Of a stretch of 64,000 nucleotides of DNA, positions 44,649 through 58,550 are shown piece after piece. Positions within the stretch are counted from its first letter, which is position 1, and each line of letters starts with the position of its first letter. The stretch spans positions 1,016,935 to 1,080,934 of the forward strand of contig OZ287704.1 in the NCBI GenBank assembly GCA_965649825.1. Reading direction: 5' to 3'. Origin of the DNA: Penicillus capitatus (taxonomy: Eukaryota; Plantae; Chlorophyta). The notes under the pieces were generated by a model. It saw only the letters and a program-made list of their open reading frames with translations, had not been told where the DNA came from and did no database searches. The position numbers and the translations under genes were made by a program.

Positions 44649-47600
44649 TCAGGAAAACCATTGCCCATACTTTGGTTGGATATGGCCATATGACTGCGAC
44701 TGATGTGCATGCATCAGTGTATCGAGCCGATCGTGTGTTTCTTTTTGCATCCTTCTGGATGTCTGCTGAACGTTAGATGCTTCACCTCGATGGCGTTTTG
44801 CTCCTCGTTTTGAAGGTGATCCGATCTTTATGCGATGCTTCTTGCTCTTTTCGACAGCCAGACTCGCATTTTCATCTGATGGATCTGTTTGTGCAGCATT
44901 GTGGGAGGCCAGTCGTCGCTTCTTCTGCTTTGGCTTGTCGACTGGAGTGTCGACTCTCGTTTCTTTCAGTTTTTCGCGTCTGCGTTCGTTTTTGCCTTTT
45001 CTCTTTTTCTTTCCGAATCCAAACGTCACATCCGTAATCACTGGCACAGATGCAACCATTGAGCAAAAGGGTGAAGATTTCTTGCCTTACCTCTTCCTTC
45101 TTCCAACGCTTTCTGTTTGAGTTTCTGTATCTGTTCCTCTCTTCTATCAATGATCTTACGATTATCGATGGCAAACTCCACAATGGGTCGCCGCTGTGGT
45201 CCAAAGATGTCAGGACTAGCATTCATCTGGCGTAGGGCACACAGCGCATGCTCATGCAGATCCAACTCCACAAACCCTCTCCTCAACGACTTCCCCTTTG
45301 ATGAGTCATCATAAAGCAACTTCGCCTAGAAGAAAGGCGGCAAGTATCGTCCTCACCTCACGGTATCAATCTCGCAACCTGTTTGACGACTGGCTGAGAT
45401 GCCGTTGCTCTTTTTCGGATGGATTCGATAACGAGATGCTCCAATCCGGCTTCTGTCATTGTGCTCGGCAGGTTTCGAATACAGAGACGTGTCTTTGAGA
45501 CAAAGAACAAAGGATTCTTCAGCTTCTCGCGCTTCAGCTGAATGGATCGCTTTCGTATCTCCTGATCTGTTCTGCTGAGTTCATTCCAAGCTTCAGATCC
45601 TTCTTCGATACGACCTTCCTGGAGCAAATAGAGATTCCTTCGATCCTGAACGGCAAATGAGCGAAGAGATAGTGACAGAGAGAATGTAAACAGATCTACC
45701 CACCGCTTTCTGTTTCTCCTGCTTTCTCTTCGTTACGATGGTCTTGACGTCCTGGCGAGACACGGCCTGCTTCACAGTAAAGGACAGTCCGAAAACAGAG
45801 GGTCCCTTTTTTGCTTTATCCTTCCTGAACGCGCAATATCCAAATGCTCTCTCCAAGAAATGAAAGTGGGCGTTTGCCGTCCATACTTTGAATGATCGAG
45901 TGTTTCCAGTGCTCGTCTTTGATCTTGCTCGTTCACATACTCGACGAAAGCAGTGCCTTGACAGGGAAGCACTCAGCGATGGGTTGAGAAAGTACAGCTG
46001 TTATGCCTTTAGACTTGCCGGTGGCCTTGTTTTTGACGACGAACACTGACTTCAATGTTCCAAACTGTTCCATGTAAGACTTCAGAGTGTGTTCATCCAC
46101 ATCTAGCGCAAGACCCGATACAAAGATGGTTCTGGTGAGATCGCTCTGCTTCTTCTTTGTATCCATCTCTGTCCAAAAAGCATTCCTGAAAAAACTTCCC
46201 AGAGTTGCAGATGGATGATAACCTCTTTCCTTCTGCACATCTGTTAAATGAGATGATACGTGTGCTGCTGCTTTCTGTTCGATGGACTCTTCTTTTCTCT
46301 CTTCATCTAGACCAACTATTTCCGAAGGCATGACATCCGGTTGACGGACAAGAGTGCCCGATTGCTCGTGCTCCTCGACATCGTCCTGCTCATTACGAGT
46401 CTTGACATAATTCAGGTCACACTTTTCTCGACACTCACGACATGTCTACTGTCGATTAATGCATTTGCTTTAGAGAGCATCGATTGTTCGTCGGTGTTGT
46501 CGATTACCATCGATTTCAAAACGTTCTCTATTCTTTCGTCGGCGTCACTGTCAATGGACTCTGTCGCACAGAAAACATTAAAATTGAGATTCTACTCAAA
46601 GTGCAAAGAGGTCACCCTCCTGGTGCTGATAGCGTTTCTTTGAAACAGCCCAGTCCACAGCAATGGTACGCCCACAAATGGTCTAAACAAGACACGGTAT
46701 CCCCTGACCCAATATCACTGAACCAACCTGTCCATTGGCATTTGCAATGGCATTCTGAGCATGTGCCCTGGTCGTAAAGTAAGCAAATGCAAACCCTAAG
46801 GCACCGAATACGAACGTCTCAGATGCAGAGAAAACAAAATCACAAGCCTTTGTTCAGCGGAACGTCCAACTTCCAGACATATCCAGAAACAGAGAGCAGT
46901 TCATGCAACTTCTTCGAGTCCATCTAGGCCATCACACGATCCTCCAATCCCCTCGAGCCAACGCAGAATACTCGAAATGGCAGATTTCGAATGATGACTT
47001 TGTTTCGTTTGATGTAGGCTCCTTCTCCACTCACTTGCCGGCACCACAATCGCACGTCCTTCCCATTCTCGATTTTCAACGTCGCGTCATGAAGTTGAGC
47101 AACAGCCTTTAAGGCCACAGCAACCTAAGAGACATGTATCGTCTGCTGCCACTCTGCCCATTCGATGCCAACGCTGTGGAATGTAAAGATCGCCACTTCT
47201 GTCGGACAGCCATCTCGAAACAGATGCGCTGCCGTGCAGAGTGAAGAGGGCACCGGAAACATAACACCCTCTACCTGATCAAACAGCATTCTCATGGCAA
47301 TCGATTTGACAATGCTGTCACCTTTCCAATGGCGTTTGCCCTCTTCTTGACGTGCTGCAGAAGATCGGAGGATAATCCACCCACTGCCACGGAACGCACT
47401 TTGGCATGGATACCCAGAACGGCAAACGGATCTTCTTCTCCCTCACTAATTGCACTTGCCCTTTGTTCATTAACAGCTGACGTCCATTTGCGTTTCTTTC
47501 TCTCATCAAATGCCTCGCGTTCCTTAGCAAACTCAACCTGACAGACACCATCCACCCCACGATCCTTCGATTGCTGTTTCATTCATCGAATCCTCACCTT

Positions 47601-47855
47601 TAATTCGCGATCTCCGACTTTTCGACCGTTGAGTGCGTCCAAAGCGGCTTTTGCGTTTTTGGTCGAATCGAATTCGATAAATCCAATTCCTTTGTGTCCT
47701 CCACGATCGTTTCGTCCGTTACGGATCAGAAAAGATTTTATCACGCCATTCTGTCCATCGAGAAGTTGACGAAAAGCATCGTCATCGAACGCACGGGTGA
47801 TGCCGCGAACGAAGAGCGTTCGTAGCTGCGTCGTCGATCTTGATGTCATTTTCAT
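44649..47855 (-). CDS. RBM28: Multi-RRM nucleolar protein, RBM28/Nop4 family
   Basis: RRMs: TLFVRGI..HKGIGFIEF; VIIRNLPF..KGFAFAYF..IAVDWA; TIFVSGL..SKGTAFVEY; VSKTRLCIRNLP..GFVEL..RRPIVEFA. Ends in WFS. Two GC-AG introns (45957-46006, 46796-46847). Confidence 0.88.
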
Positions 47856-48166
47856 ACACAATTGCGTGTCCAAAGTATCGATTCCACTGTTGAATCTTGC
47901 CTCTGAACGGAACGGCGCGACGACTGCGCTAATAAACCACCCAACACAAGAAAACCGTCGTCTTTGGATTATTCGAGATGCTAGACTCGAACAATATCTC
48001 GATCGATCTAGTGAGAGAATAGAAGTTGGACAGAGTGTCAATCGCAACGACATCGATCCACCATCACTGTCACATCCGAAAATACTTCGTAGAGGAAGAT
48101 CCCTCCAGCAGATACCAGCTTCGCCGTGCACCTAGATGTGAGAAGTGAGCACAAGTTTGATAGAGA

Positions 48167-51100
48167 TCATGTGTTGTACATCGATGCGTCGCTGTGGTTG
48201 CCACACATACACATCATGCGACGTCTTCGACAACAGTACTTGATTTGTGGATCCGTGCATGGATCAACTGCGCGAAAAGAAAGAAGTGGAGTTGGACAGT
48301 GCTCGCCGAAGATGCATCGCGATCTGCGTCTACGTTTACCTTTGCCTTGGTACTGTTTTTGCTTTTTGCTGGATGCCGGCATCCCACATGGCTGCGGATG
48401 TTGTTTCGGGCTCTGGTCTCCAATGCCGCCTTCTGATTTCGCAGCTGGTGCATCGAGCCCGGCCTCGAAGGACGCGGTACTCGGAAGAGTAGGGGTGCTC
48501 TTCGAAGCAGGCAGCGAAGTTTTGGTGGAACTGCCCATCGGAGTGGACGAAGCAGTCCCTGTGGATGTTGTGCTCCCTCCTCCCTTGCCAGACTGTCCTT
48601 GGTGAAGACTCTCTTGTTTCGTGGTCGAAACGCTGGTCGAAGCAAGTTGTGCCCAGATGGATTTGACATCTTTGGAGGTTCGATGGGCTGGGATCTTAAA
48701 GTCAGGTTTCGATTTTCCTATCGATGACTTAGTTGAGGGACGACTGGAGACAACGGACTCTTCCTTTTTCTTGACTTCGGACGTTTTGGCGGATATGGTG
48801 GTGGTGGGTGGATGTAACTCCGACCAGATGCTCTGGACATCCTTGCTACTCTTGTGCTTGGGGATCGTCGCTGTGGACCACTTGGATTTTTTCTTCTTCG
48901 TTGAGGCAGAAGATAGTGTGCTGACGCTGGACTCTGTTTCATCAGCGGTGGATTTCTCGGTCGTATCCACCGAGGGTGCTGAGACGGTAGAAGGTTTCTT
49001 GCTGGTGACGGATTCCGGCATCTCTGTGATGGTCTTTCCGGCCGTGTCGACCCTTTCTTCGGTGGTCTCTTCTTCCTTAAACTCTTCGAACTTCGGAAGC
49101 TGAGTCTTCTCGCTCTCGGTCTTCTCCTTCGAGGGTGTCGAAACCGTGGAGGGTTTCTTACTGGTGGCAGCGGATTCAGTCATCTCCGTGCTGGTCTTGC
49201 CAGCCTTGTCGACTTTCGATCCGGTAGTCTCTACCTCTTTCGATTCCTCGAATTTCGGAAGCTGAGTCTTCTCACTCTCAGTCGTTTCCTTCGAGGGCGT
49301 TGAAATGGTGGAAGGTTTCTTGCTGGTAGACTCCGACATCTCCGTTATGGTCTTGCCAGCCTTGTCGACCTTCGCTCCGGTAGTCTCTACCTCTTTCGAT
49401 TCCTCGAATTTCGGAAGCTGAGTCTTCTCACTCTCAGTCGTTTCCTTCGAGGGCGTTGAAATGGTGGAAGGTTTCTTGCTGGTAGACTCCGACATCTCCG
49501 TTATGGTCTTGCCAGCCTTGTCGACCTTCGCTCCGGTAGTCTCTACTTCTTTCGATTCCTCGAACTTTGGAAGCTCAATCTTCTCACTCTCGGTCTTCTG
49601 AGTAGTTTCTTTCGTTTTTGATGCTGCTTCCCGACCTTCCGTTTTGCCCTTTTCTGTCGTCTCTGCTAACACCGTATCAGTAATCTCAGCCGTTTGTTGT
49701 CCCTTCGTTTGTTCAGAGCTTTTCGTTTCAGTCGACGGTTTTTCTTCTCCTTTTGTCATTGTCGAGCCCACCTGGTATTCATCAACATCTGCCACGCCTG
49801 GACCAAGGCGCCCAAAGGCCGCTTCTCTGGTAGCTGCCAAATGTTGCTCCGCTCTTTCAGTGCTTTTTTCTCCTTGATCTCCCTGGATTACCTGTCCAAC
49901 TTTATACGTCTTTGTATCGGCGTCGCCTAGGAACTATTCGTTAAGCCTTTCATCATGTCTCTGACATCGCATTCACCTTCAGTCGTGCCAGTCGTTTCGG
50001 CAGCTCCCTCCGTCTCACTTTCGGAGTCACTAAGCGCCATAACGTCGTCTGCGGTAGGCTCGCTGCCAACAGTATACGTTTTCTGTTTTATCGCCACTTT
50101 GCCTGAAGCAGAGCATCATGCCTTCAGAACATAAAAATCATTGCAATACTGTCTTTAGCGATGACAAGGATGTCCTCAACAACCGTTGTCATTGTCTCCT
50201 GAAAAGCAGCAGCCGTCATCACTCCTTGCCCCGAAGACTCTCCCATACTCGCACAAGCAGACGTCGACGACTGGCCTCCTACCTAGAAAGGTGCATGAAC
50301 AGACGGTCACGAAAGAAGCCAGGACCAAACGTGAATCACTTACACCGACAGTTGCTTGTTCGATCTTCTTGAGTTCCAATTCGGCCATAGGCTGGGGAGC
50401 ACACATCCAATCTGCGCAGCAGCAGGGAGTTTCTTACTGGCAGGCGTTCCCCTGTCACTTGCACCACGGCCTCCCGAATAGAGGCAGCTATGATCCTGGG
50501 TCCAAACTCCGACATCACTTCCGCGCAGACCTTTTCTTTGTCGTCTACATCCAATGTATACCAAACACGAACGCCACACGACAGAAACGCCCACCTGATT
50601 TTGCACTCGCTTCTGTAGCAATAATCAAGTCTGCATAGGCAGAGGAGATGATCGATGTCGTTCTCTTTGCTTGTACTTTGACATCGGCTCCATCCGCCGA
50701 TTCAAACATCGCTCCGGAAAGAGCGTCTTCGATCTTTTTTTGCATGTCAATTCCAGTCTACCCACAAAACGCACAAATCACAAAGCGGATCATCGCCTCG
50801 GCGCTATCCATACTTTGTTGACAGCATCAGGTAAGACAATGCGTGTAGAAGAGTGACGTGTGACGACACTGCTGGTCGTTTTGACACTCGTTCGTGTCTC
50901 CGATCCTGTGGTGACGTCTTCCCCGACGCTTTGTACGTGTTTTTGTTCTTTTTCCGTCACGTCTACTTTCTGCTCGGCTGTTCCAGTATCCTCTTTTTTC
51001 GCTTCCACGCCCTCTCCAATATCCGCAGTGCTGCTTGTGTTGCTTTTGGCAACAACTTCTGATCCTCCAGCAAACTCGGATTCACTCGTCGCTGTGGCCT

Positions 51101-51343
51101 CCGCGTTTATCATCCATTGCACGAAATTCTCCGCTCGCAAGCGGGGACGCAATCTCTCTGTTTTGCCTGACACGTTATCGACATGTTTCCGTCCTCACTC
51201 AACGTACATACTTACCTCGACAGAGAGTGAGAGTAGTAAGAATGCAGAAGGCCTATAGAGTGAAAAGCTCTTCGGTTTGTTACAACAGAGCGGATTTCGA
51301 GAAGGGTTACCAAAACAAGGAGATGCGAGCCGCTGAGCCGCAT
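48167..51343 (-). CDS. Large predicted secreted S/T/E/K-rich (mucin-like) protein with internal repeats and Cys-rich C-terminus
   Basis: Two GT-AG introns give the signal peptide MRLSGSHLLVL|AFCILTTLTLCRG|KTERL...; long final exon 48167-49840; middle exons only partly resolved. Confidence 0.6.
48962..49592 (-). repeat. Coding ~156-bp tandem repeat x4 (ESEKTQLPKFEESKEVETTGAKVDKAGKTITEMSESTSKKPSTISTPSKETT)
   Basis: Four 52-54-aa units visible in the 557-aa ORF; two are nearly identical in DNA. Confidence 0.93.
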
Positions 51344-52088
51344 CGAAACTTTAAATGGTCGTCTCGTTATCTGAAACGGACTGACGTCCGATAGACGAAA
51401 CAGAGAAGCGTAATGCGCAGGAATCTATGGTACGGGTTCTATCTTGCAGACCGCACTCGGATACCGAAACGTGAATGGGTCGCTGGATTTGAAAGATTGA
51501 CACACCGGCTCGTGTTTTGACGATAATGAGCATGCAAACAGCCGCGGATGTAACCGTCGAAGACGCTGAAAGCGACAGAGTCGCCTGTCACAGATGGTGG
51601 CACGTGTTTCTTGGAGCTGGACTCTCCCTTCGATTCCCGCCCACGCCTTTCTGACAACAACATTCAAAACGCGTTACGCGTGTCATCAATCATACAATGG
51701 TTTCAATAAAGGGACGAGATGTTCACGAATCCTGTACATTGGAGTGCCCGCGTTGCATTTTGCGCCTCCTTTTACAAGAGATATATCAACAACAAAGACA
51801 GCGTCGTTAATGACATCGGTGAAAGGAGCATGTCCAGAAAGATAACACAAAATGGCAAATGAGCAGGGCCAATCTTCAGGACCATGTCAACGAGGACATC
51901 TGTGTGACAGCTGATGTGTCCGAACGAGGAACCACAGTGAAACAACCTCTAGCGATCCTTCTTTAGAGGCGGCTGTGGTGGCTGGATGCGCTTTTTATTG
52001 TGTGGTCGGTCACATGCAGCAGACAAGCTTCGTTTTCTGAGAGGCGGATCCGAGGCTGACGGAACGTCTTTGTCAACCCTATCAAACC

Positions 52089-52992
52089 ATGGCTGCGATT
52101 GCGTCTAGAGGAGGAAATTTCAGGAATTCTTTGACGAAGAGCTGCTCGTTGACTTCGAATGTGACAGGCGCCGTCTGTAGCGAACGATCCAGAGCGGCCA
52201 GCGCGTTGTCCACCGATGAAGTGTCCTCTCGCCATTCGAGGACGACAGTTCCTCCGATCGTCGGCCAGAACGAAGCACCATCGAGTGATCGCGTCCCCGA
52301 GACGTTGACGGAAGCGATTTCCGTCTTTCTGAGGCACCCGACCGTTCTGGAAGTTCTGGTAGGGATGGTCGGAATGGGATACTACCGCCTGTCCCATCCG
52401 CTGACGGTCACAGACACGCTTGGTGACGCTTCATACCACACACATCCTGTTAAACAGAGGGCTTTTACAGTGGGTGTCTCTGTGGCTGCATTCTGGATCC
52501 TTCAAGAATGGTTTCTCCACAAGTACCTGTTACACTCCGATACACCATGGATGGGTAATGTCACACTTTGTTGGACATCGCCTGAGAACAGACGTACCCT
52601 CTAGGCCGACGCATTCATGCTCAGCATCATCAGAGACCTTTCTACCACGTCTGCATCGACGAACCTTTTCTCGTTTTGGGCGTCATGTGTGCATCCGCTC
52701 TGGTTTTCAAGACCATTTTCCTGAACGCTGCACTGGGAGACACAGCTATTCTGGTGTATTGGTTGATGGGACTGGCGTATATCTGGTGTCATTTTTTGGT
52801 CCACACAAGGTATGTACCGCGCAACAGATTCATGAAGGCCATTCGACGTAATCACATGCGACATCACTGCAAGTAATCTCTATCCATCTTCATGCCTCTC
52901 ACTATTCACGTCTACGTTTCAGGGACAGTCGATATTGGTTTAGCTTCACCTGTCCCTTGATCGACACCGTCTTGCATACAACGCCACGCTGA
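52089..52992 (+). CDS. Fatty-acid-hydroxylase superfamily membrane protein (His-box di-iron type)
   Basis: QEWFLHKYLLH, IHAQHH, WCHFLVH and NHMRHH His boxes; three GT-AG introns; transit-like N-terminus. Confidence 0.7.
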
Positions 52993-53408
52993 TGCATTTG
53001 ATTACACAGCGGCGAGTAGTTTCTAAAGATTTTTGGTGTTCTTTGAATCCGTCACATCAAAATCATTTCTCATGTAAAAGCGCACACTGTGCAACAGTTT
53101 TCGGCCTCAGGGACGGACTTTAATAGTTTTGTATGCTGAGATCATGTTTGCCACTTTCTTGGACAGAACCAAATCCCTCTTGCTTTCTTCGATCACACAA
53201 AACGGCTGTCTTTTGCGAAAGCACTCGCGAATGGCATAGAGCGTTTCGTAACGCGACCGTGCAATCTGCTCGAGGTTCTGCAAGTAATCGCGTCGAACGG
53301 CGGACTCCGACTCGACGCTGTAGCCCAGATGGATCCCAGAGCGTATGAACTTGCGGATGACGTCGGCGCGCGGCATTTACACGAAATCAATGATAGATAC
53401 CCCAACAC

Positions 53409-54431
53409 TCAATCGTCGTCGATGTTCTGTTCTTCGTCAGATTGAGGAAGGTATTTTGCCTCTGATAGCTCCAACAGCCCTTCAGGCGGTGTCACCAGCA
53501 TCCTCCCCCGCTGCAAATCCACGACCGGAACAAACTCTTTCACAAATGGCAGCAATATTGGTCTGATCAACGACACATCAATGCCACGTGGCAGTCCCAT
53601 CACGAAAGATGCCATGGTGGGCGTACTTTGCTTTGTTGTCAGGATGACGGTGGATGATGAGAATGTCGGGTGAGCCGTCTCCAGGGAAGACAGAATCGAC
53701 GCGTCCAAGCATCACGTCCCCTTCATTCTAGACCACGACAGAGAAAGTGAGACGCACGTTTATGATACCACTGTCCAAGTTGACACTTGCTGAATAACAT
53801 CCAGACCAATGAGCTGCTGAATGTAGTATTCGTCTTGAGGTAGCTCCTCCCGTTCGTCGGATGAAATCATCAGCTGAGATCCATTCAACAGAGCGGCCTG
53901 TAGGAGAGAAACATCTCCATACAGCCCATATCTCGCCATTCTGACTTCTTCTCGCTGATCAATGTTTTTAAACTTCAGGATCCAAAGGGAATGGCCTTTG
54001 TAGATATGTGGCCGACCACCCATAGATTCGACCTGTCTCGGACCGGCACGCGTCGTCGCTGCACCCAGCCCTTTCTTCGACGGCTGAATCCATCTAGAAG
54101 GCGTTTTGAGCTGAGGGGAAAGAGATGGGTTCTGTCTATTCGTCCGTCCGACCTGCGTCCCGGTTTCTGCAATCGCTCTTCTGGAAAATCGGTTGTCGGT
54201 TGGACGCGGACTTCGCCATGGACACCATGTGTTCCACCGATCACGCCCACTTGAACCAATTCCTGTGCCAGGATCCTCGCAGAGCTACTGCACGGCGCTC
54301 GATTCGATTTACCGGAGCGTTCGCCTCTTCCTGGAGAGCATAACCCATTACCTGCCGGGCATCTGCCGCAAAGCACGTCCTCTGGGGTCTCTTGCAGCGA
54401 GCAGTGATCCCTGGCTGTCGGGAAGATGCAT
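53409..54431 (-). CDS. rimM: Plastid ribosome maturation factor RimM
   Basis: VGVIGGTHGVHGEVRV..TDFPEERL, LPQDEYYIQQLIGLDV, LLPFVKEFVPVVDLQRG.M.VTPPEGLLEL. The 5' end is approximate. Confidence 0.85.
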
Positions 54432-54570
54432 GGCGCAGAGACGCAAACATGACGCGAACAGACGCGTTAAACGCAGACGACGACAAAAATGACGTCCATT
54501 GAGGAATCCGGCCTTTCTTCCTCGCATTCACTCTTCATTTTCGGATCGTTCTGGATGTTCGACGACGCCC

Positions 54571-57057
54571 ATGGACGAGATCATCGACGAATGTGATGTG
54601 AGCGAAGACATCGAGTGCCTCGACGAAACAGGTCGTGTTGGACAAAGGCAGACGTGTCGTTCGAGAAACAGAGACGGTTTCTAGATGCTGAAGTGGAAGA
54701 CGAAGTGGATGCCGAGCAGGCAGAAGAGCAGGAGTCGATCGCATCGTCGCCGTCGTCTGCGGGGAGCGAAGAAACGACGATTCGACAGGGACGTCCATTA
54801 TCCGCCTCGACGTCACATCATTATCCAGGAGGATTGGCCGCGCCCTCGACGCCACATCCTCTTCAGTGGAAAGGTCAGCGATCAGCGAGATGGCTTTTGT
54901 CCGATCCCCAGCTGTGTTTGCCAGTCTCTGATGTGACGTCTTGGCTGGACGCGATCGGTTTCCAGCAATACCGAAAGAAATTCATCCATCATTCGATCGA
55001 TGGAGCACTGTTGTTGCAGCTGACAGATTCTCAGTTGAAACTGGATGTTGGAATTGGTCCTCTGGGTCATCGGCATGGGATTCTGAAGGCCATTGCGAAT
55101 CTGAGAACAGTGTGCCGCTATCCGGCATCCGATCGGCCACAGTCTGCGCCGACACGATCCACCCAGCACCATGTATCTGCCTTGTCCAATATCGGATCGC
55201 CTTTGCCAAATCTCTCTGGAGGTGGCATCGTGGATAGGCATGCATTATGTGCAGGAGGCTGAATCGTCTTTTTATGAAGCACGACGAACGCGTCTGCAGT
55301 GCAGAATTGAAAAGACTGAGGCAAAAATCGCCGAACGCAGAGCGTCGGTCTCGGGCATTGCGTAGGACATTGATTGATGATATGGCATGTCTGTCGACAG
55401 TTTGGTGAAACGGGTTATGGCAGAGATCAAAGAAGACGAGGCGTGTTTACACAATCTCATAAGCGGACTGCATCATTTGGAGATCCGTCCCAGGTCTGCA
55501 CAGATGCCATTAAAGAATGCACTGGATCAAAAAGGACAAGTCGGCGCTGTGGCACCTAAGCCTTTCAAAGAGATCGACCGTCTGCTGATCAAGGTACCTT
55601 GGTTTCCAGCCGGCGAAGGCACAGCCAACAAACCAGTGTTCTCAACACCGCGGCACCCCAAAGGAGACAAGCTGCAGTTGGATATCTACGATGCTTGGTG
55701 ACAGGAATGTCATTCTTCGTGACTTAGGAAGGGCCACGTGAAGGGAAAGTCTTTTCTGGAACGACTGCACGAAGATTTGGATTTGCGCCGGCATAAACAG
55801 AAAGTACGGTGCCGTCGTGGATGTTGCCAAGAAACGTAGCATTGTCGTCAGCTTTGTGCAGTTGCAGTCCAAGCAAGCATTACCAGGCAGTAACCCTAAC
55901 CAGAGCGAAGCATCGACTCTGAAACGAGATACGGCTCTGGTTGTGACCTCTCTGAGAGAAAAAGAGGGCAATACCGTCACGGAAGAGAACCTTCACGAGC
56001 AACTGGAGGAATTCCTGCAGAGTGGCCAAATCCAACACCACTTCGATCTGGATTCCGTCCAGATAGAACGCATTGAAAAAGCAACAGGCTCTGCCAGAAT
56101 CATTGCATTGGCTGGAGCCATTCGGACGCGAAATTTCATGGAGAACTACAGGTGTATCCATCGTATTCTCAGAAGCACGGCCGCGATCTGCGATGTCGAT
56201 GTCATGCAGACAAGAGCTTCGAAACCGAGACGCCAATTTGAAGAACCTCCGTAAGAAATGGAACAGCGAATCGCAGAAGCCAATGGACAGCGAAGAATCA
56301 ATGCAGCGAGATGTCTTAGAATTCCAGAAAATTGCTCTTTGTTGGGGATGGAACAACGGTATGATCGGAGATATCGCATTGGATGACTTGATCAAACGTG
56401 CCCAAATCGCCAAAACGGCAACCGAAAACGGAAAGAGCGTTGACTGGTCTAGCGTCAAGTAAAGCACTGAGAGCATCCACGAGATGTCACGTGCTTTCAG
56501 AGATTGTTTGCATCTGCCACAGAAAGACAAGAGTGATAAGGCAGACGATATGACATCCTCTGTGATGCTGCTGTCGCAGATGCCTTCGGGAGATCTGCAG
56601 AGAATGCTCATTCTACAAGGCACCAAGAAACAGGCCGCATTGTACAGGTGCAGCGAGAATTGCACGTCCATCCAACGATGCATGAATGGACCTCAATGTG
56701 TCGTTCCAGAGCCATCCGCAGTCGGAAGTTTCTCTCTTTTGTTGAGAAGGACATTGACAGACGGGAGCAGAAGAGACGAGAGTACTGGAAGTCTTGTACC
56801 CCTCCGAAGAAGGTTCTGAGCAAAGAGCAGGCCGATGGTTTCTTCGATCGGCTCATGGAAGATGGCGTCAAAAGGTTCGATTGGCAGCAGCATCTTTGGT
56901 TCATGACATTTCTCTCTGTAGGAAAGAGAAACATGAGCAACAGGTTCAGGAAAAACAGCAGAAAGAGGAAAAAATGCTCAAGGATATGGCCAGCAAGTAT
57001 CAACTGCAGAAATCTCGGCTGGCGAAGTCCAGAAGGGCATCAAGCAGGAGGAGCTGA
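54571..57057 (+). CDS. SAM-domain protein with coiled-coil C-terminal region
   Basis: DVTSWLDAIGFQQYRKKFIHHSIDGALLLQLTDSQLKLDVGIGPLGHRHGILKAI is a SAM domain; multi-exon; TGTAA at 57132. Confidence 0.7.
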
Positions 57058-57201
57058 ATTCTGTGGGCGTGACGTGTCGATGATGGCGGCCGGATCAATG
57101 ATGGGACATGTTATCTGTGAACCACGTTCACTGTAACACGTCTCCGCTTTTCAACTCCATTATTGTATCATCCGTTTGACTTTCGCACGTCGCCGTTTGA
57201 C

Positions 57202-58550
57202 ATGGAAAGCGACGAACAGAACGTTCAAACGCCGCGTAGCGGTAAAAAGAAAGGAGGGTCGAAAGCCAGCGCGGCATTCCGCAGAATGATATCGCGCCGT
57301 GTCAACAGGTCTATCAGCTCCGAACGCGGCGGTTCTGCTTCGAGCTTGGAGAACGCACAAACAGATGCGCCATCGGGCAAACGTTTCGGAACTCTGAGAC
57401 GTTTCAGTCGTGGTCGAAACAAAAGCGACGTGGGAAACAGAGGTGCGGTGACGGAGCGAGCGCCACGTCGCTCCTTCAGCGTCGACGATATGGCAAACAT
57501 TGAGAACGAAGGCGTGAGTCGAGAAGAAACGGACTCGTCTGTGACGGCCACCGAAAAGGAGGTCGTTAAAGATCACGACTTCGGAGACTCGGAGCAGTTC
57601 GCAAAGCCAATTGTTTACGCGAACGAAGGTGAGATGAGAGTCGAAAGAACATCTAAGCAGTGGCATTGTGCTGCAGGGCTCGTTCCGCCAGATACGCCAG
57701 TTCATGAACAGCGCCAAAATCCAAGAGCCGTCGACACACGTTCGAACAGCTCGGCGAACATCTCTGGAAACGATGAACTGCAAGAAGCTGAGGCCAAGGT
57801 TTGAGCGTCGAAAGAGAAAGAGTGAGGATGCATGATGTTTTGTAGGAAGCGGTGTTTGAGGACGCATCCGAGCGTGTTTGTGCCGAGGCGATGCAGGCGA
57901 AGGAGTCGGAGATCGAAGAGAAAGTCAAAGAAATCGATGCACTCCGAGATAGCTCCTTTGACTATGCTGCCGATGCAGAGGCAGATGCCACAATCGACGC
58001 ACAAATCGAACGTACCGTGATAGAATCTCTCACGAGAAACGAGACCGCTAGTACAGATGTGCCAGCTGATGAAATTGCGAAAGATGCAGAACCTACCGAA
58101 GAAATAGAGACAGAAAAAGAGAAGAAAGTCATGGTAGAAGAGGAACCACCGATAGAGACGACACAGCCCGAATCAACAGAACTCGTCGAGGCCGTCGCAA
58201 CGGAAATGACAGAAAAGGATGCAGAGGCATTCGTTGAGGCCGTGGAAGACATCAGCATTGCACAAGTCACAACAACGACACGTGGAATAGATATTACCGA
58301 ACAATTAGCCAAGGCAGAGAAAGAAGATCAGGTCGTTGCCGACGATGAGGAAGAAGCTGAAGAAATGATCATTGAACCTGAAGCATCGATGACCAAGCCC
58401 AAGCGTCGAAGAAAGCTCAGGATCATCAGAAGGGTAAGGGGCATCTGTATTGCGATGTCATTTTGTGCATGTATCTCTGTCTAGGCATCCATATCTCTGG
58501 CCTCCTTGGCAGTGGGACTGTTGATTGTCATTATCAAAAACAAACATTGA
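57202..58550 (+). CDS. Acidic low-complexity protein with C-terminal TM anchor (tail-anchored)
   Basis: Two GT-AG introns; ends KPKRRRKLRIIRR|ASISLASLAVGLLIVIIKNKH*. Confidence 0.6.

Noticed and set aside
53107-53376. 89-aa ORF just downstream of rimM as a separate gene or rimM extension
   Set aside because: No motif recognised and no clean splice link; the TGTAA immediately before it fits the rimM 3' end.
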